This document shows, piece after piece, positions 17,138-27,769 of a DNA stretch of 64,000 nucleotides; the stretch's first letter is position 1, and each line of letters opens with the position of its first letter. A program made the position numbers and the translations under genes. This DNA comes from Nemertoderma westbladi (lineage: Eukaryota; Animalia; Xenacoelomorpha): positions 1 to 64,000 of the forward strand of contig JAUCBJ010003082.1 in assembly GCA_032718475.1 (NCBI GenBank). Reading direction: 5' to 3'. The notes under the pieces were generated by a model. That model had not been told where the DNA came from and searched no databases. It worked only from the letters and a program-made list of their open reading frames with translations.

Positions 17138-19939
17138 CTAGAATAAACCTGATACAATCCCGGTATCCGTATCTATATCGATATCGTAGAAACACGGCCG
17201 TGTCGGTAGTCCTGGCATCGTACTCATAGTACCGATCAGCGGGTAGAGGAAGCCAGCGCCGACACTGGCACGGACGTCGGACACGGGAATCCGGAAGCCG
17301 GAAGGCGCCCCCTTCCGGGTGGGGTCCGCGGTGAACGAGAGATGCGTCTTAGCCATACAGATGGGCAGCCCCCCGAACCCCTGGGCCGTGTACACCGCGA
17401 TCTTACGCGCCGCCGTGTCGCTGATATCAACGCCGTCGGCTCCGTAGATTTCCCGCGCGATCGTTTCTATTTTATCCGCGATAGGAGAATCGAGATCGTA
17501 AAGGAACTTAAAGTTCGACGGTTGATCGCAAGCGCGTTGGACCGCGCGCGCTAACTCCACAGCTCCAGCGCCACCTAGCGCCCAGTGCCGGCACACTACG
17601 GCGTCCAACGCCCCCGCGCGGATGGCCTCGGAAGCGGCGACCTCCAGCTCGGCCTCCGTGTCCGTCGGGAAGGCGTTCAAGGCGACGACCACCGGCACCC
17701 CGAACCGCCGCGCGTTGGCGACCTGGCGCGCGAGGTTGGAGACTGCGCCAGCGCGCACCAACTCGACGCTCTCGGTCGCGTAGACTTCTGGCAACGGATG
17801 CCCGGGCGCCACCGACGGCCCGCCCCCGTGCATCTTGAGCGCCCGCACCGTGGCCACCAGCACTACCGCGTGGGGCGTCAACCCCGAGGCGCGGCACTTT
17901 ATATTGAAGAACTTCTCCATGCCGACGTCGGCGCCGAATCCCGCCTCCGTGACGACCAGCCCCTCGGGGCCGACGAGTTTCAACGCGATCCTATCCGCGA
18001 CGATGGACGAGTTCCCGTGGGCGATGTTGGCGAACGGGCCCGCGTGCACCAGCACCGGGGAGCCCTCGAGACTCTGCATCAGGTTGGGTTTAATCGCGTC
18101 CTTGAGGAGCACAGCGAGGGCGCCGGTGACCCCGAGGTCGTCCGCGGTGACCGGGGTCCCGCCGCAACTCGAGGCCACCACAACCCGTCCGATGCGAGCC
18201 TTCAGGTCCCCGAGGTCCGTGGCCAACGCAAGGATGGCCATCAACTCGGAGGCCGCCGTTATGTCGTACTGCGCGGGGCGAGTCATCCCCTTCTCGGTGG
18301 GCGAACACCCGATGGTGATCCCGCGGAGGAACCTGTCGTTAACGTCAACGACCCGTTGCCACGTTATCGTCGCTACATCGACGTCTAACCGAACGAATCT
18401 CGAGACTTCCTCCTCGGTTAACTGCGACGGTTCGTCTTTATCGATTCGCAACTTGGCCAACCGGCGTTTCTGCACGGCGGAGAAGCGACCCTTAGCGACG
18501 AGACGACCGAACAGGGCGGAATCCGTCTGGGTCGCTTCGTGGAAGATCCGTGCATCCAAGGCGGCGGCTAGCAGGTTAGTGGCCGCCGTTACCGCGTGGA
18601 TGTCGCCGGTTAGATGCAGGTTGAACTCTTCCATCGGGATGACCTGCGAGTAGCCGCCCCCGGCGGCGCCTCCCTTTATCCCGAAGGTCGGACCTTGCGA
18701 CGGCTGACGCAGACACGCCACCACGTTGCGCCCGCAATGCGCCCCCAACGCCTGCGCCAACCCCATCACCGTGGTGCTCTTACCCTCCCCCAGTGGCGTC
18801 GGCGTGACCCCGGTGACCACCACGTACTTCCCGGAAGGCTGTCCGCTCAACCGCTCGACGACCTCCAATGAAACTTTCGCTTTACTGGTCCCGTACGGCT
18901 CGATCTCGGTGCTGAGCAACCCGATCTCCTTGGCGAGCACCGCGACGTCTTTGGGCGTCTGAGATCGGGCCGCCTCGATATCCGACGGTACGGGATCCAG
19001 AGGTCGCAACGGCAGGTAGACGATCGGCCACGCGGAGACCGAATGCCGCCGGCCCCACCGCACGGCCGACTCAACTGTGTTCCGCATCAACATGGCGACG
19101 GTCATAGGTCCGACTCCGCCAGGAACCGGTGTTATATGCGAAGCGACCTCGCGGCACGACGCGTAATGGCAGTCGCCTAGGAGACGCGAGCCGGACTTCT
19201 TGGTGCTGTCTGGCACCGGATTGATTCCGCAGTCGATGACCACCGCCCCCGGTTTCAACCAATCCCCACGGACCAACTCCGCTTTACCGATCCCCACGAC
19301 GACCACGTCGGCTCCCGCAGTCACGCTGCTGAGATCCTTCGTACGGGAGTGGCAGGTCGTCACGGTGGCGTGGTTCGCGATCAGTAAGTCGCGCATTGGG
19401 GCACCAAGGATCTTACTTCGACCGAGAACCACGGCAGAAGCGCCTGAGAGGTTGAACCCAGTCAACTGGATCAACTCTAGACACCCGCGCGGTGTGCAGG
19501 GGACGAACCCAGACAGGTCGCCCCGAGACAGACGTCCAGCGTTCACCTCGTGCAGACCATCCACATCCTTCTCCGGGTCCACCGCGTTGGTACATTTGTT
19601 GGAATCGATTGGATTAACGGAATCGAGAGGCAGTTGCACTATAATTCCGTGGATTCGCCGGTCCTCATTGAGCTGTTTAATACGTTGGAGGACTTCCCTT
19701 TCATTAGCGGAGCGCTCTAGATGGGCGTGGATCGCGTACATTCCGATTTCCTCTGCCGCCCGAATCTTCATTCGGATATAAACGTTGGAATCCTCCCGCC
19801 CTCCGACTTGGACGATTGCTAAACCCGGTTTGAAGTTGGGGTCATCTGATTCTCGGATAGACGTGACTTCATGTTTCAGTTGGTTGCGTATTGATTTGGC
19901 GATTTCACTGCCTTTTATTATTTGAGCTTCTGTCGTCAT
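17138..19939 (-). CDS. MTHFD1: Cytoplasmic C1-tetrahydrofolate synthase (methylene-THF dehydrogenase/cyclohydrolase + formyl-THF synthetase), intronless
   Basis: 933-aa ORF with [25 protein letters not shown] and [16 protein letters not shown] (FolD domain), followed by [54 protein letters not shown] and TEAGFGAD (Fhs domain). No N-terminal mitochondrial extension. Confidence 0.97.
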   Translation of the reverse strand: MTTEAQIIKGSEIAKSIRNQLKHEVTSIRESDDPNFKPGLAIVQVGGREDSNVYIRMKIRAAEEIGMYAIHAHLERSANEREVLQRIKQLNEDRRIHGIIVQLPLDSVNPIDSNKCTNAVDPEKDVDGLHEVNAGRLSRGDLSGFVPCTPRGCLELIQLTGFNLSGASAVVLGRSKILGAPMRDLLIANHATVTTCHSRTKDLSSVTAGADVVVVGIGKAELVRGDWLKPGAVVIDCGINPVPDSTKKSGSRLLGDCHYASCREVASHITPVPGGVGPMTVAMLMRNTVESAVRWGRRHSVSAWPIVYLPLRPLDPVPSDIEAARSQTPKDVAVLAKEIGLLSTEIEPYGTSKAKVSLEVVERLSGQPSGKYVVVTGVTPTPLGEGKSTTVMGLAQALGAHCGRNVVACLRQPSQGPTFGIKGGAAGGGYSQVIPMEEFNLHLTGDIHAVTAATNLLAAALDARIFHEATQTDSALFGRLVAKGRFSAVQKRRLAKLRIDKDEPSQLTEEEVSRFVRLDVDVATITWQRVVDVNDRFLRGITIGCSPTEKGMTRPAQYDITAASELMAILALATDLGDLKARIGRVVVASSCGGTPVTADDLGVTGALAVLLKDAIKPNLMQSLEGSPVLVHAGPFANIAHGNSSIVADRIALKLVGPEGLVVTEAGFGADVGMEKFFNIKCRASGLTPHAVVLVATVRALKMHGGGPSVAPGHPLPEVYATESVELVRAGAVSNLARQVANARRFGVPVVVALNAFPTDTEAELEVAASEAIRAGALDAVVCRHWALGGAGAVELARAVQRACDQPSNFKFLYDLDSPIADKIETIAREIYGADGVDISDTAARKIAVYTAQGFGGLPICMAKTHLSFTADPTRKGAPSGFRIPVSDVRASVGAGFLYPLIGTMSTMPGLPTRPCFYDIDIDTDTGIVSGLF

Positions 19940-20265
19940 TGTTTAGGAAAATGTAAATGCTAAAATGAAGGCTTCATGGGGTTGGGTACGGTACCGGTAC
20001 AGTCACGATTTGGGTAGGGCCTATCCGCCTATCAGCCTATCTACAAATGCAACACCACTAATCCCAGGTACAGCAATACCACGGGTGGAAAAAACCTAGC
20101 AGCCTAGTGATCTAGGTTTTTTGGGTATAACTTTTCGCCGTATCCGTATGCATTTGCTGTATCCGTATGTACATACGCATATGTGCCGTATGTAATGGAT
20201 TCCTTTGGAGAATAATCCGTATGTGATTTTAAAGATTAGGCATTGCGGACCAGTAAGATAAGAAG

Positions 20266-21088
20266 TGCACAACACACATGCAGACTGAAGACAGGTAGGC
20301 CTACTTACACACTTAAAGCTAAGTGATTTAAAGAGTGTGGCTGCCGCTACCTTATGTCAAATAAACAATGCAGGACAGGTCCAGGATGAGTGACAGCCGG
20401 TATCCGCCAGCCCCGGGATGCGCCAGCAGTGCAGTACTGCAGTAGGCCTACAGGCCTACCTATAAACCATAACTCTTCTTGACGCCGTTTTGGAAATCTA
20501 ACCAACCGTGATTTATTTTTGAACTGCTTTTCCACCTGTCCACTAACCTGGTTATAGAATGTTGTTGGTTGCTACAGTATATGGCACTAACATAGTATAG
20601 ACTGATAGAAGCAGCAATGAGAATGCTAAGCTGCTAAGGGAATAAACATTCGCACAGATATTGAAAACCCTCGTGTCAGTTTGTCCTTCTTTGTGAATTT
20701 ATTAACATATAATACCTTTACTTTCGCCGTTTCGGGGCCAGTATTTAGTTAACCATAGCAGGCCCTATGCAGCCAAGTGCCAACAAGACCAACCTAGTGC
20801 CAGTTAGTCAAACCACGTGTCAGCGAGTGCAACCGGGTGCCAGTAATTAATCTAAGTTCAACCGGGCGGCCAGGTGTCAGTTAGTACAATAAAACAAGCG
20901 CTGTGGCGCATCCCGGGACTGAAGGACATCATCCTGTCATCTGTCACTCATCCTGGACGGCTGGACCTACAATGTTTATTTGACATAAGGTATAGAGCTG
21001 TAGAGGCAGCCACATGCCACACTCTTTAAATCACTTAGCTTAAGTAGGCCTACCGGTACCTGTCTTCAGTCTGCATGTGTGTTGTGCA
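20266..21088. mobile_element. Degenerate MITE/foldback-like element with ~150-bp inverted arms
   Basis: TGCACAACACACATGCAGACTGAAGACAGGTA...CCTTATGTCAAATAAACA...CCAGGATGAGTGACAG...CCGGGATGCGCCA (20266-~20425) is mirrored at ~20900-21088. No clear TSD. Confidence 0.75.
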
Positions 21089-21199
21089 GGCACTCCTTAA
21101 ATATAGGGGACCCTACTTTTTTTTTTCAAAAATTGAAAATGCTGATGTCAGATTTTATGCATTCATTATATATCGGTATATATATTTACATATCTGCAT

Positions 21200-22824
21200 T
21201 AGGGTTCAACAGAAGGCACTTTATGGGGCCGAACCGAACCGAACCGAAGCAGGGCCAACTTCGGGCCGAACCGAACCGAATCCGAACCGAAGTTCAGAAA
21301 GTTAGCAAGTTACAGAGTTATGGTCATAAATTCGTATTTACGTCACTATCAGACTATACTGGTTGACTGGCAGTGGCAGACTGGTACCTATATGGTCTGA
21401 GGACTTAGCGAGAAAGCTATGATTAATTAAAAAAATAAATACTACAAATTAAAATGGCAATATTTACATTACTGTACATTACTAACCTAAACTACTGTAT
21501 ACTTACTGTATGCATGCACTCACTGTATGCATCACATTTTCACCCGTAGTAAGCCGTTCAGTAATGACATCAAATTTAGAAAACCTCACTAAAAGTACAG
21601 GTAGTCTTTGTAATACTATTTATATGAGGTAGTAGGTATATTTGGTATTACGTATCAAAGTTATGATTAATTAAAAAATAGGGTACTACAAAGTAAAATG
21701 GCAATATTTGATATTTAGCCTAACCTAAACTACTGTATAATTAAGCTAATTTTGAAACTACCCAAGTAACCTGGAAACAATAAAAAAAATAATGCCATTT
21801 AAATGAAAGTTCAGTCCAAAATTAAGGGTGTAAACGTTAAGCAGACAGTGGTGCAGATAGTGGTGCAGATACCTGGTGCGGCCAGTGGTGCAGACAGTGG
21901 TGCAGCGTGCAGACAGTGGTGCCGATACTGGTGCAGACAGTGGTGCAGACACTGGTGCAGACAGTGGTGCAGACATTGGTGCAGACAGTGGTGCAGACAG
22001 TGCTGCAGACAGTGGTGCAGACACTGGTGCAGACAGTGGTGCAGACACTGGTCCAGACAGTGGTGCAGACACCTGGTGAAAATACTGAAATACCAGAGTA
22101 CCACAAAACACAATACCACCAGGCACTATTATATTATATTTTATCATAGACTTTATTATCTACAAATATGCGAGTAACTACTGAAAGGTTCTACATGAAA
22201 TACTGAACGGGTGAATGTGCCCTGATTACAAATAATTATAAGAGGTGTGTACGAAAATAATTAAGTGCAGACTGCACCAGTCTGCAAAAGGTGCCTGCAC
22301 CACTGCCTGCACCAGTGTCTGCACCACTGTCTGCACCACTCTGCCACTGTCTGCACCACTGTCTGCACCACTGTCTGCACCAGTGTCTGCACCACTGTCT
22401 GCACCCGGGTCTGCACCACTGCCACTGCCTGCACCACTGTCTGCACCAGTGTCAGCACCACTGTCTGCACCAGTGTCTGCACAACTGTCTGCACCAGGTG
22501 TCTGCACCACTGTCTGCACCAGTGCGTGCACCACTGTCTGCACCAGGTGTCTGCACCACTGTATGCATCACTGTCTGCACCACTGTCTGCTCTGCACCAG
22601 TGTCTGCTTAACGTTTACACTCCAAAATTAATTAGTACAACGATGGACAGATTGATTAGTCTTACTGTCTTCTGGTCTTAGCTAAATCAGTCAATGTAAT
22701 ACTTGGAATATTTAGCAAAGTCTGCTCCGAGCTTCTGCAGTATCAATTGCAGAAGCCGAACCGAACCGAAATTGCCAAACTTCGGCCCGAACCGAACCGA
22801 AGCCGAAGCTTCTGTTGAGCCCTA
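21200..22824. mobile_element. Non-autonomous hAT-type DNA transposon
   Basis: TIRs TAGGGTTCAACAGAAG / CTTCTGTTGAGCCCTA; perfect 8-bp TSD ATCTGCAT (21192-21199 and 22825-22832); subterminal CCGAA repeats at both ends. Confidence 0.92.
21826..22622. mobile_element. Foldback/Mutator-like element nested in the hAT element, with arms built from inverted 12-bp repeats (GTGGTGCAGACA)n
   Basis: TIRs GGGTGTAAACGTTAAGCAGACA / TGTCTGCTTAACGTTTACACTC; 9-bp TSD CAAAATTAA (21817-21825 and 22623-22631); arrays at ~21841-22078 and inverted at ~22265-22608. Confidence 0.88.
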
Positions 22825-22939
22825 ATCTGCATATTCAATATAGGCCTATGAATTTTTTTTTATGTGAATTTTGAGTAGGCCTATAATGACATCGACAAAT
22901 AAAAGTAACGAAACATAACTTTGAAAAAAGCCTAAAACT

Positions 22940-23689
22940 CGGTATGACTAATTACCCAAACGCACCCAATCGGCACCCAAACGCACCCAAACGGCACCCA
23001 AACGCACCCAATCGGCACCCAAACGGCACCCAATGGTACCCAAACGGCATTAAAATTGAACTGCCGGATGAAAATTACCCTCCTATAGGGTACTCCCTGG
23101 CATCCTAAATCAGTTGAGTCAATAGGTAAACGGTGAAATTAACCGGTACCTACCAAATACCAGAATACTGAAATACGGTACCAGCAGATTGGTATGTAGA
23201 ATAGCTTACTGTCTGACTGTAAACAAGCTGGCGTATAAGTATGTTAGAATGCCGTTTGGGTGGCGTTTGGGTATGTTAGAATGCCGTTTGTTTGAGTGGC
23301 GTTTGGGTAAGGTAGAATTCCGTTTGGGTGGCGTTTGGGTATGTTATAATGCCGTTTGGGTAGCGTTTGAGTATGTTAGAATGCCGTTTGGGTGGCGTTT
23401 GGGTATGTTAGAATGCCGTGTTTGGGTGGCGTTTGGGTATGTTAGAATGCCGTTTGGGTAGCGTTTGAGTATGTTAGAATGCCGTTTGGGTGGCGTTTGG
23501 GTATGTTAGAATGCCGTTTGGGTGGCGTTTGGGTATGTTAGAATGCCGTTTGAGTGGCGTTTGGGTAAGGCAGTAAGGTAGAATGCCGTTTGGGTATGTT
23601 AGAATGCCGTTTGGGTGGCGTTTGGTTATGTTATAATGCCGTTTGGGTGGCGTTTGGGTATGTTAGAATGCCGTTTGGGTGGCGTTTGG
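22940..23689. repeat. Inverted minisatellite arms (ACCCAAACG repeats facing a 32-bp GAATGCCGTTTGGGTGGCGTTTGGGTATGTTA repeat); probable foldback-type element interrupted by the BEL/Pao insertion
   Basis: Left arm at ~22953-23050; inverted 32-bp array at ~23238-23689 that resumes at 38265-38318 after the retrotransposon. Confidence 0.8.
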
Positions 23690-23885
23690 TGTTTGCGCTT
23701 TTAAGACCTTTGACAGTTTAACCTGCCAAATTAGGATGTCTTTTGGATGATATATATTCTTTAGCTTATGACGAGTATTTGATACACTACATTAGCCGAA
23801 GCCAGTCTATGCGCAATCATTCACCCGCTGGATATACCCGGGAGACTGAGTTCGGAGCTTAATGATTGATGGTGTAAGCCTACCG
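23690..23885 (-). repeat. LTR sequence shared by both ends (terminal part of the 3' LTR)
   Basis: TGTTTGCGCTTTTAAGACC...GGTGTAAGCCTACCG, apparently identical to 38069-38264; ends ...CAAACA on the element strand. Confidence 0.9.
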
Positions 23886-26800
23886 TATTATTCGACTGAT
23901 ATATAATCTCTGACAAATATTATTCACTTTCGGGAAATATTAACAGTTCCTTTAGGACGTGGCGCTCTAAATATGTAAACAGAGTTATGACTTAAACTAG
24001 ACACAACGAAAAGGCTATAGATTCACGTATATGGCGCATTCTTTAGGAGATGCTTTGTTATCAGTTACAATCATACACAATGCTGCACAATACTGCACAC
24101 TAATCTGCCGACCTTCACTAAATTTGGTCACGTATAAAGAGAGCAACATACAATTTATGTCGGGCATATGAAATAGCATTAGATTCACTTCAAACCACTT
24201 AACATAGGTCGCAATCGTTTATCTGTAACTGGTCTCTCTAACCTTTAGTATATCAAGAAGGTGGGGTATCTGACTATTGATCAGTATTCCAAATATAATC
24301 TTCCATCAACAAATATAATGAATAACCGACAGTAAAAGCAGTAAAGTTAAGGTATAAATGATTATTAAGTGAGTGAATTAACTCGATAACAGATATACGT
24401 TCTATAATTAAGCCTACTAATGTTAAACTAAAGACTGAAACACGGAGGTGCCAAAAGCCGGTGTTCTTAGGCTCTGGGCAAAAACATAACACTGAATTAC
24501 TGAGTTTCTGTATCCAACTCCAACACAGAGTCAAAAAACGCTCTGATTGGTCGACCGAGCAACGAGAGAACAAAGAAACAAAGAAATGTCGACGTGGCAA
24601 TATCAGCTGTTAGCCGTCGTCATGGTAGCGACACTGTTTTCAAGAGGATCTAGCTTATTGCGTCGCGAGATTGCGGATTATGTCCTCTAAAGTACAAATA
24701 CAGAAGAAATGACTTTTATGTCCTCTAAAACACCAGTACAGCAAGGACACGGCCTTTTTATGCCTGGTAAACCAACCACAGAGTACTTTACGGGGAAAAT
24801 AACCGGCTAATTACGCAAAAGCTTTTACACCGCTCCCAGAAAATGGGATTTAAGTCTATAAAATATAACAAATCACAGTTTCTAAAATATAAAGATACTC
24901 TAAACAGTTAGTCTTTCTTACACAGACGGCGTTTACGCAGTTTTTTGAGGCTAGCAAGAGTCCTTTTCTCTTTGGGGCGAGCCACTTTACTAGGAGGGCT
25001 ATAAATCCTGGGTGAAGGGTGCAATATGATTGCATCAGAAGGTGTAGGATTATGGTCGGGGTATCCGCCGTTTCGATATGCTTCTCCTCGAGCTGATTTT
25101 CCTCCGCTCGTAGCTGGATACGTTCATCCAAAAACTCTCGCAGAGAATGGGGTTGTCTAAGTTAGATATCTTCTTAGAGATTCTGGACTTCACAATCGAA
25201 CTGAGATAAGGCCAATTCGTTTATCGATTGGACTTACTGTTATAACTTACGTTTATCTGAACAAACGCAGGTTTCTTTTTGATCTTTGTAGAATAGCGTT
25301 TAATTCGTTTCGCACAACGTTCTCCTTCACCTTGATAAAGGGTTGTATCGCGTTAAACGGGGACGACCATACGGTTGGATAGTGATATTAGGTGTCCGCG
25401 TCACAATCCGGCTAGGTAAGATGGGCGGCTAGCTAGAAATCACTGTCGGAGTGTTACCGATTAATTGTTAGGGTAGCACTAGATCTTTGAACAGTGAATA
25501 CAGTCCGCGAGGATCTGCGACACCACCAGGATCGCAGGTCTGAGGTCCAACTAAGGAATGAGGAGGTTTGACCGAGTATTCCGGGACTCTGATCGTAGGT
25601 TTACTCCAGGATCGTTCGAGCCGAGTGAGCATAGGTGGTACGTCAAACAAGTTTCGCTCGAAACTCCAGTAAATATAACGAGCACAACTGTGTTTAACAC
25701 AACGTTTCCGTGGATGTTTATGTCTTTCCGTTTATTAGTTGGGTCTAGGGCATTTATCATAATAATACCAAAGACGCACGTCTGGTAGGGGAAACGCGGG
25801 TGATATTTATTTGTTGTTACAATGCTTCTATCAAGAATTCCAAATATACGTTGGAGTTACCGCGTTTATTTGTTTCTTTAGTGTCTTTTCTTTCGAGTCG
25901 ATTTCGAATAGAATTTTCGCATTCGAATTTCAGTTTATGGTTCCGACTCCGCTGGGCAGGATATATAGTCGACATAGTCCGTATTATGTAAATCGATAGG
26001 ATGACCAGTAGTTAAGAAGACCATATACGTACCATTACGCTGCGTATATCGAGCAGCGAATTTTCTATAGTCCAACTCGCGCGAGCTGCTCTTGGGACAT
26101 TGGCGGTTCGATATAACGACCATCGTCCTCCGCAGCAGTTGGACTAACGTCGCCGCATATTAAGCTATCAACAAACGCTTGTAAAAGTAGAGTATATCGC
26201 TCCCCGATACTAAGACCATCTTCTATCAACTCCGTCATATCTGCTATATATGAGTTTATCCATATTATAATGAGTTTATATTTAGGCGAGCGGGCGTCGC
26301 TGCCTACCCCAATCAACCCCCGGACAGTACGAGATCCTCAGTGCCGATGTGTCGTCGCCGCTGTACTTTCGCCAACGACGTAGCCGCACAACGACAACGA
26401 CAACCGGCACAAGTCACTCAACTGTCCACTCAACTGTCACTACGCACATTCGGGCCATTTGTCCGTTAGTCAATGCCTTCCAGAATGTCACTGTATTATT
26501 ATGTATCCTTGGATACTAGTAGTGCGCTATTTATTCCCTATGCTATTCAATGGGACAAGCTTTCTATTGTTCTTTTAACTCACTTCTAATTCTAGCGTGG
26601 TTGTTGCCATGGTGACATTATGGAAAGCTAGCGGTAGAATTAGGGTAATTCCAATGCATACAGATCTGGGATGTTATTTAATAGTAATTCTTTAATAGTC
26701 AATGTCCTGTTTATACATGACTTTACGAATTTTATCGGCTATTGACTATGTTTGGGAGACTTTCGTACACGCATACGCATAATAATATAAATCTCCGCTC

Positions 26801-27769
26801 CCTTGATCTATTAATTAATGGAATTTTGGGAATGTTATAAATTGCGTAAAATGGCAATTTATTAAATTCATTAAAAGACATGAATTTAAATTTATTCCCT
26901 GAAATTTTATTATTTGATAATTAAATGGGCATATTTTGATTCTAGAACATGTCTAGGGACACAAGATCCTTAATTCTAAGAAAATTGTCTCTTTAAGAAT
27001 ATCGGTAAATGCTACGATATCTTAATTGACTAGAATTGTTGAAGGATCTGAATTTTACAGATTTTGACTTATTTGATTTGTAAATATTAAATAATTAATA
27101 TTTGAGATGGGCACCGATTTATTCCAGAACTTGTCTGGGGACGTTAACCACTGATTCTATAATTTGTCTTTCAAGTATATCGGTGGGTGCCACGATATCT
27201 TAATCGACTAGAATTACAGATGGTCAAAGGGTTTAACAGATTTATTTTGCGTTATACGCTACTGTTAAAGGGACATCACGCTACTATATGTATTATTTAA
27301 TATACGGTATGAGAGCAATATCGCACGAAGCAATGTCAGTGTGAAGAGGCAAGTCATTTCCAAGGTCTACCCAGAGCTTGGTTTAGCCGAGACACGAGGA
27401 TCTGAACTTTGCATTCCTAATACTCTGCCTACCAATAATACTTGAATATAGTAGTGGCTTTATTGTACTTTAATAAGTACGAAGATTTCATATTACTGTA
27501 GTCACGTATTGATAATGTAATACGGGCAGTAAGGAAAGAGAGAAAGAATTATTTCTCGCCGTCGCACTAAATATATAATATACGTAATTAAATAATAAAC
27601 GCGAATATATATTGCACTAATCTACTAAATAATCTCTAAAATACCATGTTACTAAATAAAATTAAATAAAACGATTAAAATAAAATTACATAATAATACA
27701 TACATAAATATAAAAATAAAACAAATACAAATATAAAATAATATGGTCACACACCCACTCCAGCCGTTG

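Noticed and set aside
17236-19781. Alternative-frame and antisense ORFs over MTHFD1 (likewise over gag/pol and NGDN)
   Set aside because: Shadow ORFs expected from GC-rich coding sequence; no recognisable motifs.
21758-22681. Many overlapping ORFs (SAPL, CRQW, CLHH, VQTV repeats)
   Set aside because: Translations of the 12-bp arrays inside a foldback element bounded by TIRs and a TSD.
24250-26400. Alternative genetic code (TAA read as sense)
   Set aside because: The pol ORF of the same element ends at TAA and frame changes are also needed; decay is the simpler explanation.
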